Notes under the pieces: model-generated | What the model was told of the DNA's origin: nothing | Seen by the model: the letters and a program-made list of their open reading frames with translations, nothing else | The model's database searches: none | NCBI GenBank assembly: GCA_034416335.1 | Contig: DAOULV010000023.1 | Location: forward strand, 768 to 64,767 | From: Dehalococcoidales bacterium | Lineage (GTDB): Bacteria > Chloroflexota > Dehalococcoidia > Dehalococcoidales > UBA2162 | Direction of reading: 5' to 3' | DNA: 64,000 bases | Shown here: positions 36,039-45,676 of the stretch, piece by piece | Numbering within the stretch: position 1 is the stretch's first letter | How the letters are laid out: each line of letters begins with the position of its first letter | Position numbers and translations under genes: made by a program

Positions 36039-37889
36039 CTATCTTCGACCGGTCATATCCTCTTTGAGATCAAGGTCAAGCCAGGCCCATCTCAGCCAGA
36101 ACTTGACATCGTTCGCTCCGTAGTAGTTCTTCAGCCATGGCTGCCATACGCGATATCCCCAGGGTGCTGGCATCGGAATATTGAACGCCTGCCCGAGGCA
36201 ATAAACGTAAGCTTCCTTCGTTACTGTGTCAGCTTGCGGATAGTCTACCATGACGTATTCGTTCTGCTTATTATACGCAGCTTCGATTATCGGGTCTGTT
36301 CCCGGAGGATCATTAACGTGGCTCATGTTAAAGATGTTAGGTCCACGGAAGTAACCCATGCTGTACCTGACAAACAGGGCGCCATCGCCACCGGGGAAGG
36401 CAGACAGCACGAGGTCTTCGGACTGGTGTCCTACCCAGAGCCCGATGAATACGGTCGGCTCGAGTATCTGGAGGTCGACATCGATTCCTACTGCTGCCCA
36501 GTATTCCTTGATTATGGCTGATGCCTGTTCCTGGGCTGTACCGTTAGACATTACCATCTTCATCTTGAAGCCTTCGGGATATCCGGCTTCTGTAAGAAGC
36601 TGTTTCGCTTTCTCGGGGTTGTATCCGTAAAGTTCCTGTGTTTCCTCAGGCAAATCTTCAAGCGGCGTGTAGATAGTCGGATACCACTTTCTTGCCGGAC
36701 TGTCTATCAATTCAGCTTTGCCGTCGTAAAGGTCCCTGACGATTGTCGGGTGGTCGATGGCAAGCATCATCGCCTTCCTGACTCTTACGTCAGAATAAGG
36801 TCCGGGCAGGTCAACCCTTCCGGATACCTGCTGCGGTGCAATGATGGTCTGGACGTACTCGATATCAGGATTGGTTCCCTGGATGGTTTCGAAATCCTCG
36901 ATTGTCAGTACATCGATAAAGGACCAGTCAGCTTTCCCCGTCCTGAGTGCGGCAAGTCGGGTCGAGTAGTCGGGAATAATCTGGTAGTTGATACTGTCGA
37001 TGTAAGGGAGTTGGTCTCCCTGGCCGGGTCCGACCGGGTTAACATCCCAGTAGTTATCGTTCTTGATATATTTGGCTGCGCTGGATGTCACGTAGTCATC
37101 CAGCATATAAGGCCCGGTACCGACTACGTCGTACCAGTTGTTGCTGTTTCCGTACTGCTCAAGGAATTCCTTGGGCCATACGTACTGGACGCCGCCGCCA
37201 CCCATTATCCACAGGTAACCGGTGCCCGGAGCTACCGGGGTCCTGACCGTGATCTGCCAGTCTCCCGTCCTCTCAACGGTCGTGTTCGAGATAAGAGACG
37301 GCTCGGAACACATTGATGATGTGAAGGGTGTATCTCTCATGTATTCGATGCTGTAAGCTACGTCTTCAGCCGTCATTTCACGACCGTTAACAAGTTGAGA
37401 CGCATCCTGGTCGGGATGATAACCGAAATGGACGCCCTGTCGGATGTTCAGCACCCAGACGCCTACCGCGGGTGTCTCCCAGCTCTCGGCAAGGTTACCG
37501 CCGAGATACCTGTAATCCGTTACACCGCCGACGAAATTAGTCTCACCGGTACCGCCAGGACCCTTGGAAAAGTCTATGCCAAGGATCTGTTCGATAACAT
37601 AACCGCCCTGTCCTGCGCCACTGCAAGCTTTGGCTCCGGGATTCCAGGTGGTAATATCTGAGTTTGTCAGAATAACAAGTTTACCACCGTATTTCGGCTT
37701 ATTGGGATCAACGGTAACCGAAGGTGTTCCGGGAGCTTCCATCCCTTCTTCTTCGCCGCCCACCGAAACCGTCTGACCTTCATCCTGTGTCGTTACGGTT
37801 CCTCCGGTATCACCGGAGTCACAGGATGCTATAAGGAGCGATATCACTATAAGGCAGCTTACCAATAACCAAACGATTTTTTTTGTCAT
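36039..37889 (-). CDS. ABC transporter substrate-binding lipoprotein, family 5 (paralogue)
   Basis: ORF track 616 aa. Long stretches are identical to 30902..32764 (e.g. RVRKAMMLAIDHPTIVRDLYDGKAE, WLDLDLKEDMTGRR). Confidence 0.75.
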   Translation of the reverse strand: MTKKIVWLLVSCLIVISLLIASCDSGDTGGTVTTQDEGQTVSVGGEEEGMEAPGTPSVTVDPNKPKYGGKLVILTNSDITTWNPGAKACSGAGQGGYVIEQILGIDFSKGPGGTGETNFVGGVTDYRYLGGNLAESWETPAVGVWVLNIRQGVHFGYHPDQDASQLVNGREMTAEDVAYSIEYMRDTPFTSSMCSEPSLISNTTVERTGDWQITVRTPVAPGTGYLWIMGGGGVQYVWPKEFLEQYGNSNNWYDVVGTGPYMLDDYVTSSAAKYIKNDNYWDVNPVGPGQGDQLPYIDSINYQIIPDYSTRLAALRTGKADWSFIDVLTIEDFETIQGTNPDIEYVQTIIAPQQVSGRVDLPGPYSDVRVRKAMMLAIDHPTIVRDLYDGKAELIDSPARKWYPTIYTPLEDLPEETQELYGYNPEKAKQLLTEAGYPEGFKMKMVMSNGTAQEQASAIIKEYWAAVGIDVDLQILEPTVFIGLWVGHQSEDLVLSAFPGGDGALFVRYSMGYFRGPNIFNMSHVNDPPGTDPIIEAAYNKQNEYVMVDYPQADTVTKEAYVYCLGQAFNIPMPAPWGYRVWQPWLKNYYGANDVKFWLRWAWLDLDLKEDMTGRR

Positions 37890-38388
37890 ATAAGCTTCTC
37901 CTCCTCATGTTTTCTTTCACAGTCTATTTGTGAAAGAATTAACAATGCCGCTTAATTAAAAACCGCATTCAGTCTATTCAGTTGTATTAAGTCAATACTC
38001 CACCTCCTGAACTGGATCTGTCCTGAAACCATGATTATCCCACCGGGATCTCTCCGGTCACGGTAAAAGTCCGGATGATAATAAGCTATGTAAGAGCCGA
38101 AATCGGATGGATTCCAGGCCGGCAAACACACGTATTACCAGTATTACTTTGTTAAACGCACAAAAAGGTACCAGAACAAACAATATTTTTCCGCAGCTCC
38201 AGTACCTTTCTAGTCATAGAGGTGATATCAGTTGACTACTGTTTTTCAACAGATTTCTCTCAATACTAAGAAATGTAACCTTTTTACAGTTCAATGTCAA
38301 GCGAGATCATCGATTTTTCATATTTGACGGTTTCAAGTAAGTATTATTATGAATCCATAGTTAGGCAAATCAAGCGATAAAGCTAATG

Positions 38389-38610
38389 GTACTATTCGCG
38401 TTTCTGGTTGTTATTGTACTCACCCCCTGTATCCCCCTCTCACGCAGTACCCTGATTGAGCAGTAATGATTAGTTTGCATGAAAGGGGGAAAGTATTTTT
38501 GAGAGGGGGCTTTGCCCCCTCTCATTTTAACTCCCCTCTCCAGCTAGAAAAGACTAACAACAATTATCAATGGTTCTGGCTGGAGAGGGGTCAGGGGTGA
38601 GGTGAACACC
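38389..38610 (+). repeat. REP/MITE-like element, family 2 copy
   Basis: The head is gtactattcgcgtttctggttgttattgtactcaccccc, followed by hairpins gagagggggc/gccccctctc and cccctctccagc/gctggagagggg. Confidence 0.5.
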
Positions 38611-38678
38611 ACCAACCAAATGCAAACAGAACCAAGCTAATGCCAGAGTAGAACGTTTCTCATGAACTATACATTTAT

Positions 38679-39155
38679 CTAGAATTCATTACCGGATGTT
38701 CTTCCATATGCTTTGCTGTCACTGGCCGTCCAGAAGAATATCGGGCTGTCCACTCTGCGGAATATCAGGGGCAGGTGTTTCATCCCGGCCGGAACGAAAA
38801 TCAGGCAGCTTTTATCGATAACATACTTCTCATCTTCGAGCCAGAACTCAATTTCCCCGCCCAGTTCACGAGGGTCACTGAGAACGGAACCGACAAAACC
38901 TAGAGTCTCCCCAAAATCATGCGTGTGCGCGATCTCTGTCTGGACCCCTCCGTTACCGTGAACAGCGGTAATCCAGTGACAATCAGTATAAAACCCCCCG
39001 GGAAGAATCTTATCATCCAGGTGGAACATATAAACGCCCTCGAAATAATTACCGGCCTTTCTCTGTTCTTCAACGCTTCGGGGTGCTTTTAGCGAAGCCA
39101 GGTAATCTTTATCCGGTTCGGTCAATATATATTTTTCATACTTTTTCTCTGACAT
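38679..39155 (-). CDS. cupin-like protein, paralogue family member 1
   Basis: ORF track 158 aa. KYEKYILTEP start, HTHDFGETLGFVG and VPAGMKHLP (a two-motif cupin pattern). Confidence 0.55.
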   Translation of the reverse strand: MSEKKYEKYILTEPDKDYLASLKAPRSVEEQRKAGNYFEGVYMFHLDDKILPGGFYTDCHWITAVHGNGGVQTEIAHTHDFGETLGFVGSVLSDPRELGGEIEFWLEDEKYVIDKSCLIFVPAGMKHLPLIFRRVDSPIFFWTASDSKAYGRTSGNEF

Positions 39156-39171
39156 TTTCTTCCCTCCGTTA

Positions 39172-39359
39172 CTAATACTATTTTACATTAACAACTATCT
39201 GAAGCTGGTTCTGCAACCAGTCCCTTCCCCCTTGATGGGGGAAGGTTAGGATGAGGGTGACTTAAATCCAATTTTCACCTTCACCTTAATCCTCTCCCAT
39301 CACGGGAGAGGAAACAAAAAGTATGCTATTCCGAAAAATTAAGCATTCCCTGGTACTGG
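39172..39359 (-). mobile_element. MITE-like element, family 1, copy C (inverted)
   Basis: The reverse complement carries the same hairpin series. The ends are degenerate (ctaatac... / ...ctggtactgg). Confidence 0.55.
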
Positions 39360-39361
39360 TA

Positions 39362-39796
39362 TTATTCTGCGGGAACTAATACGGGTTCTTCTCCCATCGG
39401 CCAGAAATGACCGAACAGGAAAGGCCGGTCCATCTTTTTTACATGTATCGGGCAGTGCTGCAGACCTTTAGGGAAGTAGACCATTGCCGACGTGGAAAAT
39501 TCGGTCTTTTCCCAGTCTTCACCGAAAGCCACTTCCACGGTAGCACCGAGGTTCTTCATATCGTGAGGATCGGAAGAAAGGAACATAAGATATTCGTCGG
39601 CATAATGCGAATGGGGCGGTTCGGCGAACATACCGGCCCTGATGACGTAGTACAGTGCAAAATTGGGCCTGGCACCCTCAATTTCTTTCATAAATTCCTG
39701 GTTCCCGGAAAGGAAATCACTGTTCATATTGCCAAAAGACGGCCATGGTTTTTTTACATCACGCAAAATATATTTTTCATATTTATTATCTGTCAT
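39362..39796 (-). CDS. cupin-like protein, paralogue family member 2
   Basis: ORF track 144 aa. NKYEKYILRD start, PHSHYADEYLMFLS and FPKGLQHCP. Confidence 0.5.
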   Translation of the reverse strand: MTDNKYEKYILRDVKKPWPSFGNMNSDFLSGNQEFMKEIEGARPNFALYYVIRAGMFAEPPHSHYADEYLMFLSSDPHDMKNLGATVEVAFGEDWEKTEFSTSAMVYFPKGLQHCPIHVKKMDRPFLFGHFWPMGEEPVLVPAE

Positions 39797-39838
39797 CTTT
39801 TCTTCCTTAAATACAATCTTTGGATATGACGGGTATGA

Positions 39839-40261
39839 TTAACTTCCGGGTTTTTCCGGAGGAGTATATTTGGGCGGAAGGGTCAGGGTCAAAACCCAGG
39901 AAGTCTTTTCCGGATTCCCCGTGATACGGTGACTATAAGGGGTACCTTTGGGAACATATGTCATCGCGGCGGAATTTATTGTATATTTTTCCGGTTCTCC
40001 TCCCATCGTAATTTCTATTTCGGTATTTATTTCATCTATCTTTTCGGGGTCTCCGCCGGCATACATATTAACGCGGTCGGCATCTACGGCTTCCGGTGGC
40101 GCATCGATGAGCGGCAGTGCTTCTACCGGGGTAAGCTGCACGCCGAAGTCATATCCCCGGGCATCCTTTCCGTGAAATTCAAATACCTGGAGGTCTCCGT
40201 ACTGTTTTATTTCCGGAGCAAGTATGTATTTATCGACATCCTTTTTATCCGTCATTTCCAC
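39839..40261 (-). CDS. divergent member of the cupin-like family lacking the His motif
   Basis: ORF track 140 aa. It has DVDKYILAPE and VPKGTPYSH, but no HxHD motif. Confidence 0.45.
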   Translation of the reverse strand: MEMTDKKDVDKYILAPEIKQYGDLQVFEFHGKDARGYDFGVQLTPVEALPLIDAPPEAVDADRVNMYAGGDPEKIDEINTEIEITMGGEPEKYTINSAAMTYVPKGTPYSHRITGNPEKTSWVLTLTLPPKYTPPEKPGS

Positions 40262-40290
40262 TCCTTTCAGTTATAAGGTCTATTAGCTGA

Positions 40291-41259
40291 TTACTGTTTT
40301 CCCCACATCGGGGTGTTCCCTATGGTAAAACACAGCACCGGTCTATTTACGTTTCTGAACTCCAGCGGGCAGTGATTCAGGCCTTTCGGTATGTAGATAA
40401 GCGAACTCTGGTTAATGATATGTTTCTCATCGCCAAGAACGATTGAAACATCACCATCCACTTTCCTGGGGTCATCTTTCCCGCAGAAACCTATTATACC
40501 TATCATCTCGTCGAAATCATGGGCGTGTGGTTCCACCGACATCGTGGTATCCCCGCTCCATATCCAGACAAAGTCCACGTAGAAACCGCCCTGTGAAGCC
40601 TCGTCGTCCAGGGATACTATCTGGTTACTTTTTGCCGTTCTTGACCCGGGCGGCGGGGGAGGCGGCGGATTATTCGGGTCCCAGTGAGGTTTGGGCTCGG
40701 TAATAATGAATCTTCCATATCTTGTCCCGGAGGAATCAGGCTCGGGGCGCGGGAAGAAAGCTTCTTTCGATTGCCCTTCCTCAAGTTCCGTTGATTCCGA
40801 AGTGCGGCCGTACCGGCTTATCGGGGCAAGAGTAAAGAAAAACACCGGCCGGTTTACTTCGCGGAATGTCAACGGGCAGTGCTTCATACCTGCCGCAACG
40901 TGGACGAGACAGCTCTTCGTCAGATAGTGAGTCTCGTCACCGAGTATGATTTCCATCCTGGCATCCAGTTCGCCGGGATTAGCCTGGTCGGTACCGATAA
41001 AGCCGATAACCTCCGTAAAATCGTGATGATGAGGTTCTTCGGTGGTGCCGGACGTGGTTACTCCTTCCCATAACCACAGGCACTCCATATAAAATTCCGC
41101 CCCTTCCACCTTTTCATCATCCATCCATAACAGCCGGAGTCCTTCCACAGTGGACTCTACCGGACTCTTCTCCCTCATTTCTTCTATCTTTGCCATTTCT
41201 TCGGGAGTATATTCCCTCGTTTCCGTGACTATATATTTTGAATACTTCAGTTCACTCAT
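40291..41259 (-). CDS. tandem double cupin-like protein joined by a poly-Pro linker
   Basis: ORF track 322 aa with two repeats. The first has HHHDFTEVIGFIG/AAGMKHCP and the second has HAHDFDEMIGIIG/IPKGLNHCP. The linker is NNPPPPPPPG. Confidence 0.55.
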   Translation of the reverse strand: MSELKYSKYIVTETREYTPEEMAKIEEMREKSPVESTVEGLRLLWMDDEKVEGAEFYMECLWLWEGVTTSGTTEEPHHHDFTEVIGFIGTDQANPGELDARMEIILGDETHYLTKSCLVHVAAGMKHCPLTFREVNRPVFFFTLAPISRYGRTSESTELEEGQSKEAFFPRPEPDSSGTRYGRFIITEPKPHWDPNNPPPPPPPGSRTAKSNQIVSLDDEASQGGFYVDFVWIWSGDTTMSVEPHAHDFDEMIGIIGFCGKDDPRKVDGDVSIVLGDEKHIINQSSLIYIPKGLNHCPLEFRNVNRPVLCFTIGNTPMWGKQ

Positions 41260-41353
41260 CTTAAATTCCTTTCGTTCACATTCTTACATTCCGACAAAGT
41301 ATTTACTCATCCGGATGAAAAATAACGGTGTTTTTCGTAAATTTATTCTGGGA

Positions 41354-41980
41354 TTAATCATCCCAGAGACGGAAGGGAGGATATTCGTCTGTCATAAGGG
41401 CCATATATGCGTACGTCCGGTATGACCAGCGGTTCGTACCGACCACCAGTTTAAATATTTCTTCGGGATATTTACCGGTAAACAGCAGCGCACACCCGGC
41501 GAAGATAGCGAGGATAAATGTCAGACCCACCCGGCTGTGTTCTCCTCCGCCTCCCTGGAGAAGCGAAAGAATTATGCAGTGCGGAATAATCAGCAGCCAC
41601 CATTTCACCAATGCCAACCCTTTGGACAGTTTTTCGGGATATTCAATCTCAAGGTCGGCTGGATAACTGTCATCAGGCTCAAGGCTGAAAGGCGGATACC
41701 TGTCCGTTCCCAGAACCTGATAACTGTAGAAACCCACCCGCCACGACCAGCGTAATACACCCGTGATGAATTTGAACAGGCTCTCCGGATACTTCCCGGT
41801 GAACAGGATTGCAAACAGGGCAATTATCCAGGCGATGACCGCAGCCACCCACAGGAACGCCAGGCAAACATAATGCGGGATACCCAGCAGCCATTTGAGC
41901 AGCCATAGACCGGGGCCGGGTGGTACGGAAAGATCACCCCTTATATTCACAGGATAGGGGTTCTGTTTCTGAGACATCAT
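41354..41980 (-). CDS. DUF4389-like membrane protein (internal duplication)
   Basis: ORF track 208 aa. The repeated pattern is FTGKYPE..F....G..RWS.R...Y......D.YPPF. Confidence 0.6.
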   Translation of the reverse strand: MMSQKQNPYPVNIRGDLSVPPGPGLWLLKWLLGIPHYVCLAFLWVAAVIAWIIALFAILFTGKYPESLFKFITGVLRWSWRVGFYSYQVLGTDRYPPFSLEPDDSYPADLEIEYPEKLSKGLALVKWWLLIIPHCIILSLLQGGGGEHSRVGLTFILAIFAGCALLFTGKYPEEIFKLVVGTNRWSYRTYAYMALMTDEYPPFRLWDD

Positions 41981-42195
41981 AAACCTCCTGGTTTTAGTTA
42001 TTCGTTTTCTAGAAGGATATGAAAAATAAGAAAGAAGTATCTGTAATAAACGATTTCAAACATTGTATCAGGAAATTAATACAATAACACCCGAAGTATA
42101 TAAAAAACTTATTATCTGGTAACATTAATAACTTGAGCGGATTGCTCTCATCCGGTGAATCCTTTTTCTGTATTCAATTGAGGAGGAATAATATT

Positions 42196-42711
42196 ATGCC
42201 AGAATCCAGATATTCAAAATACGTGATTAGAAAGCCGGCTGTCATCGGTCAGGGAGGACACCTGGAGATACCGGACAGATACGACCTAGAAGGCAAGGTG
42301 GATACCGGTCCGCTGGTATGGGTCGGGAAGGAAATCATCCCCGAAGCGATAACGGGACTTGAATCCGGGATTATCTCAGGAGATTTCACCGTAGGTACCG
42401 GTACCGGCGGAGGTCTCGAACCCCACAAACACGACGATTTCGACGAGATGTTCCTGTTTATGGGAACGAACCCCGACGATATCGAAGATCTCGGGGCGGA
42501 CGTGGAGTTCTGGCTAGGCGAAGGAGACGAACTGGAGAAAATCGAGATAAACACTTCAGCCTGCGTCTTCGTCCCGGCAGGTCTGGCCCACTTTCCATTG
42601 ACATGGAAGAACGTAAAACGACCCTGTGTATTCGTAGTGGTTTCCTGCAGTCCTTTCGATCCCAGTACACAACGGCAGGACCCGGTTTCACGCAACGGCA
42701 GACCGCAGTAG
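42196..42711 (+). CDS. cupin-like protein, paralogue family member 5
   Basis: Frame of ORF 42133..42711. ATG 42196 has a GAGGAGG SD. SRYSKYVIRKP start, HKHDDFDEMFLFMG and VPAGLAHFP. Confidence 0.55.
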   Translation: MPESRYSKYVIRKPAVIGQGGHLEIPDRYDLEGKVDTGPLVWVGKEIIPEAITGLESGIISGDFTVGTGTGGGLEPHKHDDFDEMFLFMGTNPDDIEDLGADVEFWLGEGDELEKIEINTSACVFVPAGLAHFPLTWKNVKRPCVFVVVSCSPFDPSTQRQDPVSRNGRPQ

Positions 42712-42739
42712 CTGATACCAGTCCGGAGGATAGATAAAT

Positions 42740-43993
42740 ATGGACGTAACACCCGAGCAAAGATACAGGGAAAAGGGGAAAAGACTGGGCGACGTCGTCC
42801 GGCTGCAGATACCGGACAGAGTGCCGGTGATGCTGGAATTAAGTTATTTCCCGGCCTGGTACACCGGACTGACTTTTGAAGCTGCATACTACGACTATGA
42901 CAGGTGGCTCGAAGCCTGTATCAAGACTACGCTCGACTTCGACCCTGATCTGGTGCACATTACTCCGTTTTTCCCCGGTGAAGCGCTGGAGCTTCTCGAA
43001 CCCAGGCCGCTCAAGTGGCCTGGACACGGAGTGTCGCCCGATGACTCGCACCAGTACCTCGAACTGGAGAGTATGAAAGAGGATGAATACGATGCTCTTA
43101 TGGGCGACATATCCGACTTTATACTGCGGAAGCACCTGCCGCGTGTCTGCGGGGCAATGGAGGCTTTCAGCAAACTCCCCAGGCTTTCTGCACAGGGTTT
43201 CAGCTACCGGGGGGCGCTTGCCCTGGCGGAAGCGCTGGCAGACCCCGAAGTTACCGATGCAATCGGGAAGCTCAGGGAAGTCGGTCGGATTATGCTGAAA
43301 TGGCGTTCAAGGATGGACTCGTTCGGGAAAGAAATCGATAAACTAGGTTACCCCAGATTCAGTCCGGGCACGGCACAGGCGCCCTTCGATTCTGTTTCAG
43401 ACTTCCTGAGAGGAATGCAGGGTACCATGCTAGATATATTCCGCCAGCCCGACAAACTGCTCCGGGCCTGCGATAAAATCCTTGAAGACAGGATAAACAG
43501 GGGTATTCCCGCAGTAGAAGGCAGCGATGAATGTCCTCACCTGCTGTTTATGGGTATGCACCGGGGCTCGGACGGCTTTATGTCCGTACGGCAGTTCGAA
43601 AAGTTCTACTGGCCTACGCTTAAGAAGATCATTCTTGCCGTTATAGACGCCGGACTGACGCCGCTTATCTTCTGTGAGGGCGACTGGACGACCAGGATAC
43701 ATTATTTACTGGAGTTGCCGGCAGGTAAAAGCGTCGCCCGTCTCGACCTGACCGATATATATAAAGCCAAGGAGATTCTTAAAGGCCATACGGCAATAAT
43801 GGGGAACGTCCCTGCTTCCATATTGCAAACCGGTACACCGGACGATGTGAAAAACCGCTGCAGGAAACTGATAGATGTGATAGGTAAAGACGGCGGATAT
43901 ATCCTGACAGCGGGGAGTTCCATAGACAAGGCAAGACCGGAAAACATCAGGGCAATGGTGGATTTCACGAAAGAGTACGGGGTATACGGGTAG
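42740..43993 (+). CDS. uroporphyrinogen-decarboxylase (URO-D)/MtaA-like family protein
   Basis: ORF track 417 aa. FCEGDWTTRIHYL and the C-terminal KDGGYILTAGSSIDKARPENIRAMVDFTKEYG match the URO-D/methyltransferase family pattern as I recall it. Confidence 0.6.
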   Translation: MDVTPEQRYREKGKRLGDVVRLQIPDRVPVMLELSYFPAWYTGLTFEAAYYDYDRWLEACIKTTLDFDPDLVHITPFFPGEALELLEPRPLKWPGHGVSPDDSHQYLELESMKEDEYDALMGDISDFILRKHLPRVCGAMEAFSKLPRLSAQGFSYRGALALAEALADPEVTDAIGKLREVGRIMLKWRSRMDSFGKEIDKLGYPRFSPGTAQAPFDSVSDFLRGMQGTMLDIFRQPDKLLRACDKILEDRINRGIPAVEGSDECPHLLFMGMHRGSDGFMSVRQFEKFYWPTLKKIILAVIDAGLTPLIFCEGDWTTRIHYLLELPAGKSVARLDLTDIYKAKEILKGHTAIMGNVPASILQTGTPDDVKNRCRKLIDVIGKDGGYILTAGSSIDKARPENIRAMVDFTKEYGVYG

Positions 43994-44111
43994 ACCGAAT
44001 TTTCACTTAATCTGCTTGGGTAAAGACGCATATCGTTCTACGCTCATATGGTCGTTTATATACATCTCACCGCTGTCCCCTTTCCGGCTATAACCATCGA
44101 CGTTGTCCAGA

Positions 44112-44259
44112 AAAGGGGAGTTAATAAGAGAGAGGGGCTCCGCCCCTCTCTCAAACTCTTTCCCCCTCAAACTATCGAAATTTTTCTGCTGAATACGGTA
44201 ACTGTTTGAGGGGGATAAAGGGGGTGTACCGAATATTACAATCAGTACTGAATAGTACC
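44112..44259 (-). repeat. REP/MITE-like element, family 2 copy (inverted)
   Basis: The reverse complement begins ggtactattcagtactgattgtaatattcggtacaccccc. It shares tatccccctcaaacag...ctgtttgagggggaaagagtttgagagaggggc with 26740-26810. Confidence 0.5.
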
Positions 44260-44328
44260 ACGTATTTATCAAGTTGACGGATTATTCCGCCTTTAGTAAA
44301 GTTAGCTAGAAATATGGGGAGGTAATAT

Positions 44329-45582
44329 ATGGCAGAAAAATCACCGGAAGAACTGTACAGGGAAAGAGACCAGAGGCTTGCCGATGCAATAGAACTGAAA
44401 GTGCCGGACCGTGTGCCGATAGATATGTCATTCGGTTATTTCCCGGCAAGGTACACAAATCAGCCTTTTTCAATAGTCTATTACGAACCGCAGAAGTGGC
44501 TGGAGGCGGTCAAGAAGACGGTTGTGGACTTCCAGCCCGACTCTCTGTTCTATATACAGGGACTTCAACCCGGTAAAGCCCTCGAGAAACTCGACCCGAA
44601 GACACAGAGATGGCCGGGGCACGGCGTTCCCGAAAATACCGGTAATCAGGCAATTGAGGGCGAGTTTATGAAGGCGGACGAGTACGACCTGGTTATGAAA
44701 GACTCAACTAATTTCACACTTAGATACTTGATGCCGAGGACTGTCGGTTCAATGGAAGCCTGGGCGAATTTCCCGGACCTTTCCGATGCAGGCAGGGGGC
44801 AGATGGGTGCAATGATGATCGCGGAAGCATTAGCCAGGCCAGACATGGCTGCTTCCATAGCTACACTCCAGGAAGTCGGTCGCGAAATTGCCGAATGGAG
44901 AAAAACCTTACCTGACTTAAACGCCGCGGTGGAAGAACTCGGTTTCCCGGTAGGCGGGATGGGCGCCGGTGGGTCACCCTACGATCAGGTCATGAACGGT
45001 TTCAGAGGAATGCCGGGGACGATGATGGATATTTACCGCCAGCCGGACAAGCTTCATGAACTTATCGATTATTTCCTGGAAAGAAGTCTGAAACGAATCG
45101 AAGCGATGCCATACCGTGAACACCACAAGAGGAGTTTCATGGCTACGCACAGGGGTTCGGATGGATTCATGTCGAAAAAGCAATTCGAGGAATTCTACTG
45201 GCCAGGATTAAAGAAGATTTACCTTGCTGCCATCGATAAGGGAATCATCCCATGTATTTTCTTCGAGGGCGACTGGACAACCCGCCTCGAGTATCTTCTC
45301 GAGTTGCCGAAAGGCAAGATAATGGCGCACTTTGATTCCACGGATATTTTCCGAGCAAAAGACATCCTTAAAGGTCATATGTGCATCAGGGGTAATTTCC
45401 CCGGCTCACTGCTTACGGCCGGTACTCCCGACGAAGTGAAGGAACACGTCAAGAAGCTGATCGATTACGTAGGTAAGGACGGCGGTTACGTCATGTGCCC
45501 CAGGGTTGTTCCTGATTTTGCCAAACCGGAAAACCTGCACGCCATGATTGACTATACCAAGGAATACGGCGTCTACAACTAG
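44329..45582 (+). CDS. URO-D/MtaA-like family protein (paralogue)
   Basis: ORF track 417 aa. It is collinear with 42740..43993 (FFEGDWTTRLEYL, KDGGYVM...PENLHAMIDYTKEYG). Confidence 0.6.
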   Translation: MAEKSPEELYRERDQRLADAIELKVPDRVPIDMSFGYFPARYTNQPFSIVYYEPQKWLEAVKKTVVDFQPDSLFYIQGLQPGKALEKLDPKTQRWPGHGVPENTGNQAIEGEFMKADEYDLVMKDSTNFTLRYLMPRTVGSMEAWANFPDLSDAGRGQMGAMMIAEALARPDMAASIATLQEVGREIAEWRKTLPDLNAAVEELGFPVGGMGAGGSPYDQVMNGFRGMPGTMMDIYRQPDKLHELIDYFLERSLKRIEAMPYREHHKRSFMATHRGSDGFMSKKQFEEFYWPGLKKIYLAAIDKGIIPCIFFEGDWTTRLEYLLELPKGKIMAHFDSTDIFRAKDILKGHMCIRGNFPGSLLTAGTPDEVKEHVKKLIDYVGKDGGYVMCPRVVPDFAKPENLHAMIDYTKEYGVYN

Positions 45583-45676
45583 TTTGCTGTCTTATAGGTT
45601 CCTTGAAAAATTAGTCGGTTCCGGAGCCTCCGTTCATGGTTCGATAAACTCACCATGAGCGATCAGGACTCCAGGT

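Noticed and set aside
40647-40675. Poly-proline-coding tracts (40647-40675 and 46648-46665) as special elements
   Set aside because: They sit in frame inside ORFs, as a linker between the two cupin repeats and as an insertion in the dehydrogenase-like protein. I treat them as low-complexity linkers, not separate features.
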